This document shows, piece after piece, positions 46,532-57,120 of a stretch of DNA of 64,000 bases. The DNA is from a virus, in IMG/VR virus record IMGVR_UViG_3300017731_002846, positions 32,001-96,000 of that record. One strand, given 5' to 3'. Position 1 is the stretch's first letter. The number at the start of each line of letters is the position of its first letter. Under the pieces are notes generated by a model. It was not told the origin of the DNA and did not search any database. It was given only the letters and a program-made list of their open reading frames with translations. The position numbers and the translations under genes are program-made.

Positions 46532-47236
46532 TTAATCCTTATATATCATTGTTTTATTGCAGCGAGAAATGTTTGGTATTTTAAATTTATCCTCATTCAT
46601 ATGGTACACTAAATTAGATGTTAATTTACCCTGATCAAGAGACTCGGCGATATTAATATAGTTTTCTTGAAATGAATACAAATCTTTAATTGGCTTAAAA
46701 CCCATAATCGGATATAACTCTGATAAGGGATAATGCTCTGAAAGTCTATTATTTAAATATAAAAATTCTATAATTTCTTTTTTTATTAGCTGTGGTTGAA
46801 ATATCTGATGGTGGTTTCTTTTTTTAACTAGTTTATATGGGCCAAAGTCATGTTTTGTTTTAAGAAAACTTTTGTGAGCATCCGCATTTTTTGTAAACAT
46901 AAACCCGCCGATATCATTAGAATTAAATTCGTATAAATCTGTGATCATCTGCTTATTCTTGAAATCCAGAATGTATTTGTCATCTTGAGCCCACCATATA
47001 AATTCATTTTCATTAACAACTGAAAGAAGTGTTCTGATAGTCGGTTTAATAGCGCTGTCTGTTTGCAGTAACTTAATTTTATCTGAACCGTATTGGCCGA
47101 TTAAGTGTTGAGGTTTAGTCTTGTTCCAGGGAACATAAAATACAAAAGGATTATCTGGCCAACACTTAAAATATGTATGCAGAACATACTCCATAATCGG
47201 TATATTACGATCAAATGTAAAACAAAGAGCTTTCAT
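46532..47236 (-). CDS. Putative glycosyltransferase
   Basis: WWAQDD motif; cluster context. Confidence 0.5.
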   Translation of the reverse strand: MKALCFTFDRNIPIMEYVLHTYFKCWPDNPFVFYVPWNKTKPQHLIGQYGSDKIKLLQTDSAIKPTIRTLLSVVNENEFIWWAQDDKYILDFKNKQMITDLYEFNSNDIGGFMFTKNADAHKSFLKTKHDFGPYKLVKKRNHHQIFQPQLIKKEIIEFLYLNNRLSEHYPLSELYPIMGFKPIKDLYSFQENYINIAESLDQGKLTSNLVYHMNEDKFKIPNISRCNKTMIYKD

Positions 47237-48003
47237 TAGAACTCAGGCAAGTAATAATCAGGAAACCAATTATTTTTACACTCATTAACTCGATACATTT
47301 CTAGGTCAGGATTAATTATCTTTGCCCAGCTGGAAAAGGCAGAGTGAGATTTTATAACACACCCACACTTTGATAGAAGTAGCATTTCTATAATAGAATT
47401 TTTGGTAATAGTGAGTTTATCGGGATTGGAGGATAATGTCTTGTGGAAATGTGGAGATGAATCGGTTGATAAAACTGCAAGACCTAAATTTTTAAGAAGT
47501 CTTATAATGGTTTGCTTACTATCTTCATCATCTGATATAACAAATACTGAATCGAAACAACGGCCTTTTAAAAAAGAATTTAATTTTAATAAAAAATTAT
47601 CCAAATCAATGACTTTGCAATCTTTATTGTTGGTTAATTTATCTGTACCTCGAAAGTGAATGCCAAGGCATTTTTGTGGTATAAAATCAATATCAAGTTG
47701 ATCTGTGATGCTTGAGCAAAACCGAAAGTACTCATTAAAGTAAAAGTTAGCTTCCTTGAAATCGGTATATTTGTGTCTTTCTATATCTAATAGCTCTATT
47801 GTTTCCGTTGAGCTTTTCGATTGCTTTTTTGGCTTAATAATGTGGGGGATAATTCTATCTTGATCTAACGGGTTTCCGTGGTTTATATTTCTAATATCCC
47901 ATTCAGGGTATATTTTATTTTTATGTAAATAAGGTAGTCTTGCATTGATCCAGTTTAAAGACGAACCAAATAAACCTTCCTTGCTCTCATTGAAAATTTT
48001 CAT
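47236..48003 (-). CDS. Fucosyltransferase-like protein (NodZ/GT23-type)
   Basis: GIHFRGTDK, FVISD, E.LLLSKC, SAFS. Confidence 0.8.
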   Translation of the reverse strand: MKIFNESKEGLFGSSLNWINARLPYLHKNKIYPEWDIRNINHGNPLDQDRIIPHIIKPKKQSKSSTETIELLDIERHKYTDFKEANFYFNEYFRFCSSITDQLDIDFIPQKCLGIHFRGTDKLTNNKDCKVIDLDNFLLKLNSFLKGRCFDSVFVISDDEDSKQTIIRLLKNLGLAVLSTDSSPHFHKTLSSNPDKLTITKNSIIEMLLLSKCGCVIKSHSAFSSWAKIINPDLEMYRVNECKNNWFPDYYLPEF

Positions 48004-48650
48004 TTGTTGATGTTAAACTTCAATACAGGCTTATCTTTCCATGGATTGATTTGCATTGGTAGTATGCCTGATTTTTCTAAATGCTTGGCTACAGCAAGAT
48101 CTTCATAAATATCGCGATATCTAACTTCTGAAAGATTGTTAAGATTTTTGAATTTATTTAAAGACCGAGAACTAAGCAAATAAGTTGTACCTCCGTCAAT
48201 CCAGTCTACATACTCGCCGTTGTATCTTTTGTTATACCAAGGAGAATCTTCTGCAACTCTTCCTATGTGCCAGCCCCGCTTGCCTTCCTTTTGCATTAGT
48301 TTGAAACCTGCATAATCAAGGCCCCCTAGTGAATCTATCAGCCCCTGCTCACGTCCTTCATTCCAGCGCATAAAATCAACATCATCATCTATCTTCCAAA
48401 AATAGTCATACTGATCTGTATAATTATTGGCGGCCAAATATTTATATATGGCGAACATTTTTTCTGGCAGATCTTCGTACAAATCGCGGCATTTTAATTG
48501 AATTACATTTTCTTCTAATTGTTTTTCTTCTTCGCCACCGACAAAAATTAAGTAATCACCAAGCTTCCATTTGTTGACGCGAGCTTTTATATCTTCAACT
48601 CTGTGGATATACTTATGGCAACACACAAAAACTTTAAATACTTTTTTCAT
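48000..48650 (-). CDS. Glycosyltransferase, GT31-like
   Basis: DLYEDLPEK, KIDDD, DGGTTYLLS, YEDL.V. Confidence 0.8.
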   Translation of the reverse strand: MKKVFKVFVCCHKYIHRVEDIKARVNKWKLGDYLIFVGGEEEKQLEENVIQLKCRDLYEDLPEKMFAIYKYLAANNYTDQYDYFWKIDDDVDFMRWNEGREQGLIDSLGGLDYAGFKLMQKEGKRGWHIGRVAEDSPWYNKRYNGEYVDWIDGGTTYLLSSRSLNKFKNLNNLSEVRYRDIYEDLAVAKHLEKSGILPMQINPWKDKPVLKFNINK

Positions 48651-49276
48651 ACTAGCCAGTGATTAAATTGTTTCATTTTATCCATCTTTCCTTCTATAGA
48701 GTCTATACTATTATAATGAATAATAGATGGATTCAATTTTTTATGCCATTTATACCATCGATAGCCATTAGGGAAATTATCTCGATTAAGCTTGTGAACC
48801 TTTAAATCAGAATATTTATCTAGTTGTAATTTAGTGTGAATATAATTTTGATCGCCTTGCTCGCCGTCCAGGATAAGTTGCTCGCTCGTGTCAAAAAGAT
48901 CTATCGTTAAATCAGAAGGCTTAGCCATATAAAAGCCCGTACAAAGTCTATCGAAATCATTTTGCCCAACGATATCAAAATTATTAAGCAACTCATACAT
49001 GTATTCTATCGGGTCTTTTAGGTAGAAAATATCCAAATCAGTGCAAAAAACAGTATAACCTTGTTTTAATAATTGATGGGTATATTCTAATTTTTTATAT
49101 ACAGTATCGAGAAAACCCTGGCTTTGCCAGTCTCCTGATTTGGTATCGACAGTTATTACCTTAACACCAGAAATGATTGAGTTAAAGGAGGATATGTTAG
49201 CTAAAAAATTATCATGAATAGGTTTGTATTCATTATCTCCAGAGCTAATTACAGAAATTAACTTTAAATTAGTCAT
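48647..49276 (-). CDS. Glycosyltransferase, GT77 / nucleotide-diphospho-sugar transferase
   Basis: TDLDI, CTGF, DQ, FPNG, HYN, K...MK...W. Confidence 0.82.
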   Translation of the reverse strand: MTNLKLISVISSGDNEYKPIHDNFLANISSFNSIISGVKVITVDTKSGDWQSQGFLDTVYKKLEYTHQLLKQGYTVFCTDLDIFYLKDPIEYMYELLNNFDIVGQNDFDRLCTGFYMAKPSDLTIDLFDTSEQLILDGEQGDQNYIHTKLQLDKYSDLKVHKLNRDNFPNGYRWYKWHKKLNPSIIHYNSIDSIEGKMDKMKQFNHWLV

Positions 49277-50066
49277 AGGTTATATGATCTTTGTAAGCCG
49301 GATAATCTTTATTAAAATTTTTTGATTTCTTTTTACCTTGAATGTCAAGGCCTGATTCAAGCCTGTCTTTAACAAGATCAATATTTTGCAGCAATTCATC
49401 AACCCATTCTTCTCCGTTATGAGCAAAGCTTTGTAGTTTAATAATTAAATCTTCAGGTTTCATGAACCAAGATGCATGCCACCCAGATAATTCTTCTCTT
49501 TTAATTGGTTGAGGAAATTTAGGGTGATCCCAGCGCCAGCCGCATTGCATGCCTTTCCATCGAGCCATCCTTTTTTTAAGCTCACCCCAATAGGAAAATA
49601 TAATACTATAATGATCCCATGCGCCAAGATAGCAATCCCATGATACATTAAACCAGTGAGGGCAAACTAAAAGTGGAGCATCTTGAGGCAACTCTTCTTT
49701 GTAATTTAAGATTAATCTAGGATCAATAATTTCGTCTAAATCACAAAATGAAACAATGTCTTTATCATTCAAGTTAAGAGAGGCCACACCTTTAGATAAG
49801 ACCTCATATCTTTGGGCATACTCTCTCTTCCAGTTATCTTTCCCTCGAGTGTTGCTTTTTATATGAACTATCTTGTCGGAAAATTGAGAAAACCTTTTTT
49901 TGTTTTCTTCGAAGTGCAATGGTTTTTTGTTGCCGCTAAAAGTCCATGAGTTTTCATAGACAACAAACTTATCTACATAATCGTTTAATTCATGTAGCCT
50001 GAAATTAAGTATATCAAGCTCATTATTAAACATAAAGGCATCTATTATCTTAGGCTTCATGACCAT
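49269..50066 (-). CDS. Glycosyltransferase family 17 (GlcNAc transferase-like)
   Basis: DAFMFNNELDIL..R, TFSG.KK, RE..QR, DLDEI, GWH.SW, K..SFAH. Confidence 0.88.
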   Translation of the reverse strand: MVMKPKIIDAFMFNNELDILNFRLHELNDYVDKFVVYENSWTFSGNKKPLHFEENKKRFSQFSDKIVHIKSNTRGKDNWKREYAQRYEVLSKGVASLNLNDKDIVSFCDLDEIIDPRLILNYKEELPQDAPLLVCPHWFNVSWDCYLGAWDHYSIIFSYWGELKKRMARWKGMQCGWRWDHPKFPQPIKREELSGWHASWFMKPEDLIIKLQSFAHNGEEWVDELLQNIDLVKDRLESGLDIQGKKKSKNFNKDYPAYKDHITYD

Positions 50067-50671
50067 TTTTTATAATTAAGAAATTTTAAGTCATTCAAAT
50101 AAACACTCTCTAAGATATCGAGAGATTCTTTGTTTAAAATTTGATTTTTATCCTTATTGACACCTTGATTTTTATGAGGTATAGCAATATTAAACTCAAG
50201 TGTAGACAAAATTTTAGGTAGTTCGTAGCTAATGTTTTCTAGCCTAATTAAATGATCAACAAGAAGGTTGTTTTTAAAGTAAAAAGCATTCCATTGGAGC
50301 TGAAAATGTAAATCTATTTTGTTTGGGTTAGATTTTTTTGTTAAATTTTTAGCAACGAAATCATTTATGTCAGAACATGGGTCTATTCGATTTTTTTTAG
50401 CAAGATAAAAATAAGCTGAGATGAATTTATCTAAGGGGTGCCTGCATATGGCAAAAGTATTTAATCTCTGCCATTCTTTCTCGTTTAAATATTTTTCAGA
50501 ATAAGAAAGCCATAAATCTTTATCATCTTTCTTTACAATAGCTCTATCTCTTAGTATGTTTCTTGTTATGCTAGTTTGAGCTGCTTTATTTATAGGTATA
50601 TAAGCAAATGCACCAAGCTTGTCAAAGATAATGGGATTTGGTAATTTAGATAAATATTGAAATTTATCCAT
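50057..50671 (-). CDS. Sulfotransferase, Sulfotransfer_2-like
   Basis: YIPINKAAQTS, RHPLDKFISAY, HF, RLEN. Confidence 0.82.
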   Translation of the reverse strand: MDKFQYLSKLPNPIIFDKLGAFAYIPINKAAQTSITRNILRDRAIVKKDDKDLWLSYSEKYLNEKEWQRLNTFAICRHPLDKFISAYFYLAKKNRIDPCSDINDFVAKNLTKKSNPNKIDLHFQLQWNAFYFKNNLLVDHLIRLENISYELPKILSTLEFNIAIPHKNQGVNKDKNQILNKESLDILESVYLNDLKFLNYKKWS

Positions 50672-51473
50672 TTGGAAAAACCTCCGAATAGGCTTTTAAT
50701 TTTGCAGAATCTTCAGAAAAGCCTTTTGATATTAGGTCCCATTTTTTATTAAAATATGATTTCCCTAAATGACTTGTAAATTGTTTAGGATTTTTATCGT
50801 GATCTAAATGAAAGCCAATTGTTTGAAGACAAAATTTAATCGACTTACCTAACCTTGATAATCTTCTAGCAATGTCAAAATCTTCTCCGCCCCAACCTTT
50901 AAAATTTTCATCTAAACCCCCAACTTCATCGAAGTCTTTTCTGGAACAAGACCAATTTCCTCCGTGCATCCTTCTTGCAACGGTATCTTTACCGTCAAAA
51001 ATGTAGGGTTTTTCTGTTTTTTCGATAAACCGAGACCTCCTGTCTTTATTTGATAAAGACCTGATAAATGAAAAATTATTCTTGATTAAATCTTTAGTCA
51101 CAAGAGGGACTTTATTAATTGGTATTGAAGGGTAAGATCCTGCTACTACATCACCCGCGAATTGTAAATGAGAATAGATGTGATCTGGAGACCATATAAT
51201 ATCTGAATTACCAAAAATTAATCTATCTCCAGTTGCTAGTTCGGCGCCTCGATTCCAAATATATGCAAGCCTGTAACCCTCATTTGGGCGGTTAAAATAT
51301 TTTATCCCCTCTTTTTTTAAATATTCTACGGTTCCATCTGTTGATCCATCATCAGCTATAATAATCTCAAAATCTTTTTCTGTTTGATACTTCAAGCTTT
51401 CAATACTTAACTCAAGTGCGGATAGGTTATTGTAAGACGATAATATGATAGAAACTTTAGGCATAACTGACAC
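50664..51473 (-). CDS. Glycosyltransferase GT2 with GT7-C-like motif
   Basis: VSII..SYN, IIADDGSTD, GGLDENFKGWGGED, FHL.H. Confidence 0.92.
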   Translation of the reverse strand: MSVMPKVSIILSSYNNLSALELSIESLKYQTEKDFEIIIADDGSTDGTVEYLKKEGIKYFNRPNEGYRLAYIWNRGAELATGDRLIFGNSDIIWSPDHIYSHLQFAGDVVAGSYPSIPINKVPLVTKDLIKNNFSFIRSLSNKDRRSRFIEKTEKPYIFDGKDTVARRMHGGNWSCSRKDFDEVGGLDENFKGWGGEDFDIARRLSRLGKSIKFCLQTIGFHLDHDKNPKQFTSHLGKSYFNKKWDLISKGFSEDSAKLKAYSEVFPNG

Positions 51474-52119
51474 TTTCTCCTATTTTGTTTTTATTCCATT
51501 TTTTTAAATTATATTGCTCGCCCCATTTTCTGCCAGCATCTTCAAATACACCGTTAAAGCTAATCCGATTTACATTTTTTAAGTGATTAGGATCTTTAGA
51601 TTTCGTTTGTTTGTGGTGATTAATAAGTAGCTGTTCTGGATCAATAGACTCTTCTGAAGCTGCAAAGGGTTTGTATACATTTTTCACAAAGAAATCTTTG
51701 CTCCACATAGTTGGGTTGAACGAAAACTCAAAAAAATGATGAAAATGAAAGCCAATATATTCGTAGTCGCTATCAACTAATTCACCCATATTAAAGGGAA
51801 TGAGTAAATCCCAGTCATCTTCAAGCCACATAACATAGCCGTCTAAGTTTTGAAGCTCGTTGTATGCCGAAGTGATTACATGCTTTGCCGCCGAATAAAA
51901 GCAAGCCTTGTCTGATATATGTAAATCTTGAGTGCCTCCGGTAAAGTGTTTAAAATTATCTATAGCTTCTTGTGTTTTTTTAAATGGAGAATCTAAATTA
52001 ATAAACCATTTATAATTAATATCTTGATCTTCAAGTATATCGAAGAATGGTGGCAAGGTCTGATTGTGTAAATCAGGCCTATCAATTGCTGTAGTTAATA
52101 TGTAAAGATCGTAATGCAT
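51457..52119 (-). CDS. Putative glycosyltransferase
   Basis: TAIDRP, WLEDDW, FSFNP, D.GR.W. Confidence 0.65.
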   Translation of the reverse strand: MHYDLYILTTAIDRPDLHNQTLPPFFDILEDQDINYKWFINLDSPFKKTQEAIDNFKHFTGGTQDLHISDKACFYSAAKHVITSAYNELQNLDGYVMWLEDDWDLLIPFNMGELVDSDYEYIGFHFHHFFEFSFNPTMWSKDFFVKNVYKPFAASEESIDPEQLLINHHKQTKSKDPNHLKNVNRISFNGVFEDAGRKWGEQYNLKKWNKNKIGESVSYA

Positions 52120-52121
52120 TG

Positions 52122-52643
52122 TTAAGATTTTCTGTGAGAGCCATGTAGCCCGTATATTGGATCAACATAAGACCTGGGTAGTGTGGAGATTTCAGCATAT
52201 CTCTTGTTCATTTTATCAATTCTTGTAAGCATTTGTTGCTTAATGGATTCAGTGCTTTGATTAGGTAATAAGCTTGTAGGAAAAAAATTCAAAAAAGAGT
52301 CGAAGATATAATCCGTATCACGTAATTTATTAAACTCTATAATAAGAATATTGTCTCTCGATAAATATTTACTATCTAAATTTCTGAAAACTCTTTTTGG
52401 TCTAAGTGGATCGTTTTCACGATAAGAGCTTACAAAAAATAATTCATACCTAGGGCCAAATCTTCTTTCAAAATCATCCAGTTTTAGGTAGTGAGTTTTG
52501 GTAACAAGATTATCTTCAATGTTAGAGTCTACGCCAAAGACGGCGGGAGAATCGGGGCAAAAAAAACCAACCAGATAATTGATTAGTAAAGTGCTTCCAG
52601 TAAACTCTCCAGAAGCCTGTATGATTCTGGCATTTGATTTCAT
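52122..52643 (-). CDS. Possible sulfotransferase-like protein
   Basis: QAS...TGSTLL.N and KTH resemble the sulfotransferase PSB region. Confidence 0.5.
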   Translation of the reverse strand: MKSNARIIQASGEFTGSTLLINYLVGFFCPDSPAVFGVDSNIEDNLVTKTHYLKLDDFERRFGPRYELFFVSSYRENDPLRPKRVFRNLDSKYLSRDNILIIEFNKLRDTDYIFDSFLNFFPTSLLPNQSTESIKQQMLTRIDKMNKRYAEISTLPRSYVDPIYGLHGSHRKS

Positions 52644-52644
52644 A

Positions 52645-53508
52645 TTAAAAGAGAATTGTTTGATTGAATTTAGGCATAAAGAGTCTGGGCCAATAATTAA
52701 AGTTAGATTGATTGCAGATTAAAAAATCAGAATGATTCTTCATCAAAAACATACATGTTGCTGCTTCATTTATTTTCTTTAAGGAGTCATTTTCTTTTGT
52801 CAAGTGTAAGGCTTGGTTGTTATCGGGATAAGAATTTAAAGTATCAATGCACTCGTATTCTTCTGATAATAATTTTGCAAAATATTGACAATCAGTAAAT
52901 ATCATAACCAGTAAATCACTATTAAATGATAATAATTCATCTATTTTTTTCTTGTATAATTTAAAGCAGTTGATTATGTTGTTTTGTTTTGTATCCCCTT
53001 CAGAAAAACCTAATAATCTGAATTGCTTGCGATTGCCTCTAAATAAGAATTGATCGTGATCGCCATAGCGAAAATGAACAGATAATATTTCGCGCCCTTT
53101 TAGTTTTTTTTTATAAAAATTTTTAATGGTGTTTCTAATTGATGTATTTAAGTTAAGTTTTTTAAGAAAATTATATGCAATGAAGTCCTGCTCTAATTCA
53201 TCGAATTTATAATCTTTTAGCATCATTTTTGAGTATTGATTTGAAAATTTATTTTTAATTTGAATATCATAATCATTATTAAAATCACAAGGTTCAAAAA
53301 TCTGAACCCCATCAATGCTTTCATTATTAAATATGGTGCTAAATAAATTAACTGGAGTTTTATAATTATTGTAAACGGTTTTTTGCCAATCGACTATTAA
53401 ATCAGAATTAGATTTTTTTGCAAGATACCAGCATAATGCCGCATTACCCAAGATATCCCCGAGGCCGCAATTTCTGTTAGCTATAAGAAAGGGTTTACTC
53501 ATGCCCAT
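52645..53508 (-). CDS. NodZ-like fucosyltransferase
   Basis: GLGD, VDW, SVHFRYGD, IFTD, SNF. Confidence 0.78.
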   Translation of the reverse strand: MGMSKPFLIANRNCGLGDILGNAALCWYLAKKSNSDLIVDWQKTVYNNYKTPVNLFSTIFNNESIDGVQIFEPCDFNNDYDIQIKNKFSNQYSKMMLKDYKFDELEQDFIAYNFLKKLNLNTSIRNTIKNFYKKKLKGREILSVHFRYGDHDQFLFRGNRKQFRLLGFSEGDTKQNNIINCFKLYKKKIDELLSFNSDLLVMIFTDCQYFAKLLSEEYECIDTLNSYPDNNQALHLTKENDSLKKINEAATCMFLMKNHSDFLICNQSNFNYWPRLFMPKFNQTILF

Positions 53509-54244
53509 TGAAACCTCTCATATGGAAAATTTTAGTTTGATTAAAGTCCCAGTCGCTTTCTAGCAAGTGTTTGTATTGAGCATTTCTGCAATTCCAAATT
53601 TTGTTGTCTAATATATTCCAGTGTAGCGACCTGGCAATGTTAATCATATTCTTGATAGAATAAGGTTTGCCATCTGGGTTTTTATGCTGCATCCTTAATA
53701 TGCCATTGAAGCACCCCTGGTCATCGGGAGTTTTGTTTGAAAACTTTTTTTGCTCAGAGATAACCTTCGCTTTTGTTGATAGCATTTGATCTAGCCATAA
53801 TTCAAGAAAATTCACAAGAATATCGTTATTTTTGTTAAAAGCTAAAACTCCGGTATTTAAAATTTCTTTATCCAAGAATTCCGTACCGACACAAAAATCA
53901 AAACTTTCAAGCTGATCAAAAAGGTCAGAAATATTTTGTGCAATATAAGTATCGCAATCTAAAAAGACAGTTTTTTCATATGGACTATTTTTGATACCAA
54001 AAACCTTTGGGATAAAACCAAAGTCATTTTTTATTGGGATTATTTTATCAGCTGAAGATTCGCAAAACAACTCCTTATTAAAATCAGAAAACACAGTTAT
54101 ATTTAAATCTGGATTAGATTTTTTAAGGGAATTTATTGAGTTTAAAACATCTCTTAGTATAGATTTTTTACCACTGTTGAATTTAAAAGGAGATGGTGAG
54201 GTTTCCGGATCAACCGCTACATAAATAACTCCGCAATTATTCAC
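53495..54244 (-). CDS. Glycosyltransferase, GT8-like
   Basis: SPYEKTVFLDCDT, NTGV, DQ, WN.R, IFH. Confidence 0.8.
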   Translation of the reverse strand: MNNCGVIYVAVDPETSPSPFKFNSGKKSILRDVLNSINSLKKSNPDLNITVFSDFNKELFCESSADKIIPIKNDFGFIPKVFGIKNSPYEKTVFLDCDTYIAQNISDLFDQLESFDFCVGTEFLDKEILNTGVLAFNKNNDILVNFLELWLDQMLSTKAKVISEQKKFSNKTPDDQGCFNGILRMQHKNPDGKPYSIKNMINIARSLHWNILDNKIWNCRNAQYKHLLESDWDFNQTKIFHMRGFNGHE

Positions 54245-55961
54245 TTTTTTGTTTTACTTGAGAATACTTATTTTCATAGAAATCACTAATGCTTTCATCT
54301 ATATCTGAGGGTCTAGCTAGTGGGTTTCTATACATAGAAATTTCTCTAATCAACATTTCAGATATATGTAATGATAAAAGAAAAGGCGAGTTTTCTTTGT
54401 AAAGTCTTTGAAATTTTGGATTCCCGTTATTAATTAATATTGTAAAGTCAGATATATCATCAACTTTAGACATTAATTTTTTTTGATCTTCTCCAAAGTC
54501 AATAATTTTATACCTTAATCTTTTGGATTGTTTGGGTTTTTGGTTTTTGAATTTATCCCAAAGAGGCGGGATATTGTTTTCAGGCTCAGGCTCTTGTTCT
54601 TCCTCCTCTTCTTCTGGTTCAAGCTCTTCGGGTTCTGGCTCAAAAACCCATTCTTTGTCGATAGTAAATTCAGCAAATTTTTCCAATTCTTGACGCTCTT
54701 CCTCTTCTTGGATTTCTTCTTCGCTTAAGTCTTCATCATCTTCTTCTTCCTCTTCGTCATCCCAGAGGTCGGAGAAGTCTTCATCTTCAAAGTATTCCGC
54801 CAACATACTTGAGACTTCATTAGCCAAAGCATCAAGGATGTTCATTTTCTCTTCTTGATTTAATTTAATATATTCAACAATCCATTCGATTATAACTTTA
54901 TAAACTCGAGTATAGAAAGGTATCGTTACTGGATGATCGTTACGTAGACCGTGATGCGATAAATCTTTGGCGGGCATTCCGGTGTTATCCATTACTTCAG
55001 ATAATTCATTGCACGAAATAAAACCAATTAATTGATTAAATACATTATGAATCTTATCTTTGTTTTCAATTGCCTCTCCATTTTTATCTTCTAACCAATT
55101 AAGGGTTGATTCAATCCTATCTTGATCTGATTAATGCAAAGGGCAAATTTTAACTTTAGAAATAATGTCAATATTTTTAAGGGGGTGGTTTTTAATCAAA
55201 GATCGATTATAAATCAATGAAAGCCTAAACTCAATGTTTCCTGTTTTCGTTTCACCATAATACTCATAATCAAAAGAACGACGAATAATAGGGATGTTTG
55301 AGCCAGGAAGTTTGTATGAAAAATCTAAGCTTTTACCATTAAGATAAATATTGAAACTCTTTCCTTCTTTCTCTAATTGGGGAAGCAAGAAGCCAAAGAA
55401 TGTGCAAAGCTCGTTACTGATTGCCCCAGATGGCCATCCATTTTTTTGAATGTCCTCTTTTAAGGTAACTATTGTAATTTTAGTGCCAGACTCCGTCTCG
55501 ATAGAACAATCGTCTGCGGCAATTTCTTTTAAAGAAGGAGAATATTCATTTAAAAACTCAGTTCCAGAGGGTTTATATTCAACCAAGAAACACTTGCCGT
55601 GCCTGTTTTTTGTTTCAATAGTCCAATGTATATCTGTTTCATGCGAAAGTTTGTCGTTGGCTAATTTACCACCGATCCCCATTTGGCCAAGCTTAACCCC
55701 TTTTCCACCAGTTAAGTCATAAGAGTTTCCAAAAACAAAATATTTTTCGAACCCACTCATGCCGTTTTCGTCTTCAAGATGATCAAAACCTTGACCGTCA
55801 TCAACCATAGTAGCGCTTGATTGATCAAAGTCAATTTTGCAGAAAGTTGAAAAATTTTGGATTGAGTTCTTAACTAACTCTGTGAATGCTTGAGGTATAT
55901 TTACTGTAGATTGAAGCAGCCTGCTTAAGTTGGCTCCTGTTTTAATTTGTATATTATTCAT
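54237..55961 (-). pseudogene. GHKL (MORC/Hsp90-like) ATPase gene interrupted by one in-frame TAA (ORFs 55131-55961 and 54237-54992)
   Basis: ELVKNS, DDGQG, GQMGIGGK, GTKI. After TAA at 55133-55131 the same frame stays open for 46 codons into ATG 54992. Long acidic tract. Confidence 0.7.
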
Positions 55962-55966
55962 AGTAT

Positions 55967-56440
55967 TTATATTACACTATATAGAAGTTCAGTTCTGTTT
56001 TGTTTTACAAATTTAGCTTTATTTTGCATAAACGACTCTATGTTTTTTTTGTTTTGTTTAAAGTCTTTTGTTTTTACTGGGTTAATAGCAATGCAGAAAT
56101 ATTTAATTGTATACTTGGAGAAATCGATAGACTCTAAAACTTCAAGTGCAATATCGGGGTCAAGTATAGATAGGAAATCAATAGATGTTGGAGAGTCGGA
56201 CAAAGATTTGTAAACTTTATACCCTAAGTATTTCTCGCCTACAGATGTATTTGAGTCTTTGTTATTTTTAAACGGGCTAATTTCAACACATGTTAAATCT
56301 TTCGCAAAGCCTGTTTCGCGTAAGAACCAGCGGTCACTCAACCATTTACTTGTCGAGTTAACAACTTCGCCGCTATCAAGTTTTATTAAATTAATAACAT
56401 GCTTATTTGGGCCTTCAAGATGTGATGTTAAATTTTCCAT
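55967..56440 (-). CDS. Degenerate FkbM-like methyltransferase
   Basis: IDFLSI...LESIDFSKYTI resembles the FkbM C-terminus. Confidence 0.45.
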   Translation of the reverse strand: MENLTSHLEGPNKHVINLIKLDSGEVVNSTSKWLSDRWFLRETGFAKDLTCVEISPFKNNKDSNTSVGEKYLGYKVYKSLSDSPTSIDFLSILDPDIALEVLESIDFSKYTIKYFCIAINPVKTKDFKQNKKNIESFMQNKAKFVKQNRTELLYSVI

Positions 56441-57120
56441 TCTCTGCTATGCCTGCCTTTCCAGTTAGTTCCCGTGGCACCCAAGTGAACACAGTATTTT
56501 CCTTCTTTTAAATTGATACATTCGCCGCCTTTTCTTTTAAAATTTTCGGAAACAAAAAGATGATCTGATTTGCCAGCATGACCAAAATCTTCAGACATTC
56601 GAATATTTTTTCGGAACTTAAAAAGCTGCATATACCCGATGCCAGCAAGATCCGGCCCAGCCCTTCTGTCGACTCCTGTATCATGAGACTTGCCCGACTT
56701 AATGTGCTCTAAATATCTATTGAATTGATTTTCGTTTTGACAGAAAGCTCGAGATAATGAATATAGGTTTTTATCTTGTAAGTTAGATATTAAAGATTTT
56801 AATTCAGGGGGAAAAATAATATCAGAGTCAGTTAAGCAAATTAAATCATTAAAATTTTGATCATTTAAAAAATCAAAAAATTTATTATAAATTGCTCCCT
56901 TGTTGAAGTTGCCATGTTTTTTAACAATGTTATTGTCAACTATAAAGCATTCCACATTATCGTATTGTGAGCATATATCTATGCATTTTTTCTCTTCTCT
57001 GGTAGTGATGACATAAATAGTGTCAAATATTTTAGTATTAAATGGCAAAACTAATCCTAGGAAATCAGAATAGTTTACAGAAATTAATGCTGCAATTAGT
57101 TTTTTATTCAAAGTAGCCAT
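56428..57120 (-). CDS. Glycosyltransferase, GT2-like
   Basis: VNYSDFL, FNKG, TDSDI, GYMQLF, SD, HLG...NW.GR. Confidence 0.7.
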   Translation of the reverse strand: MATLNKKLIAALISVNYSDFLGLVLPFNTKIFDTIYVITTREEKKCIDICSQYDNVECFIVDNNIVKKHGNFNKGAIYNKFFDFLNDQNFNDLICLTDSDIIFPPELKSLISNLQDKNLYSLSRAFCQNENQFNRYLEHIKSGKSHDTGVDRRAGPDLAGIGYMQLFKFRKNIRMSEDFGHAGKSDHLFVSENFKRKGGECINLKEGKYCVHLGATGTNWKGRHSREWKI

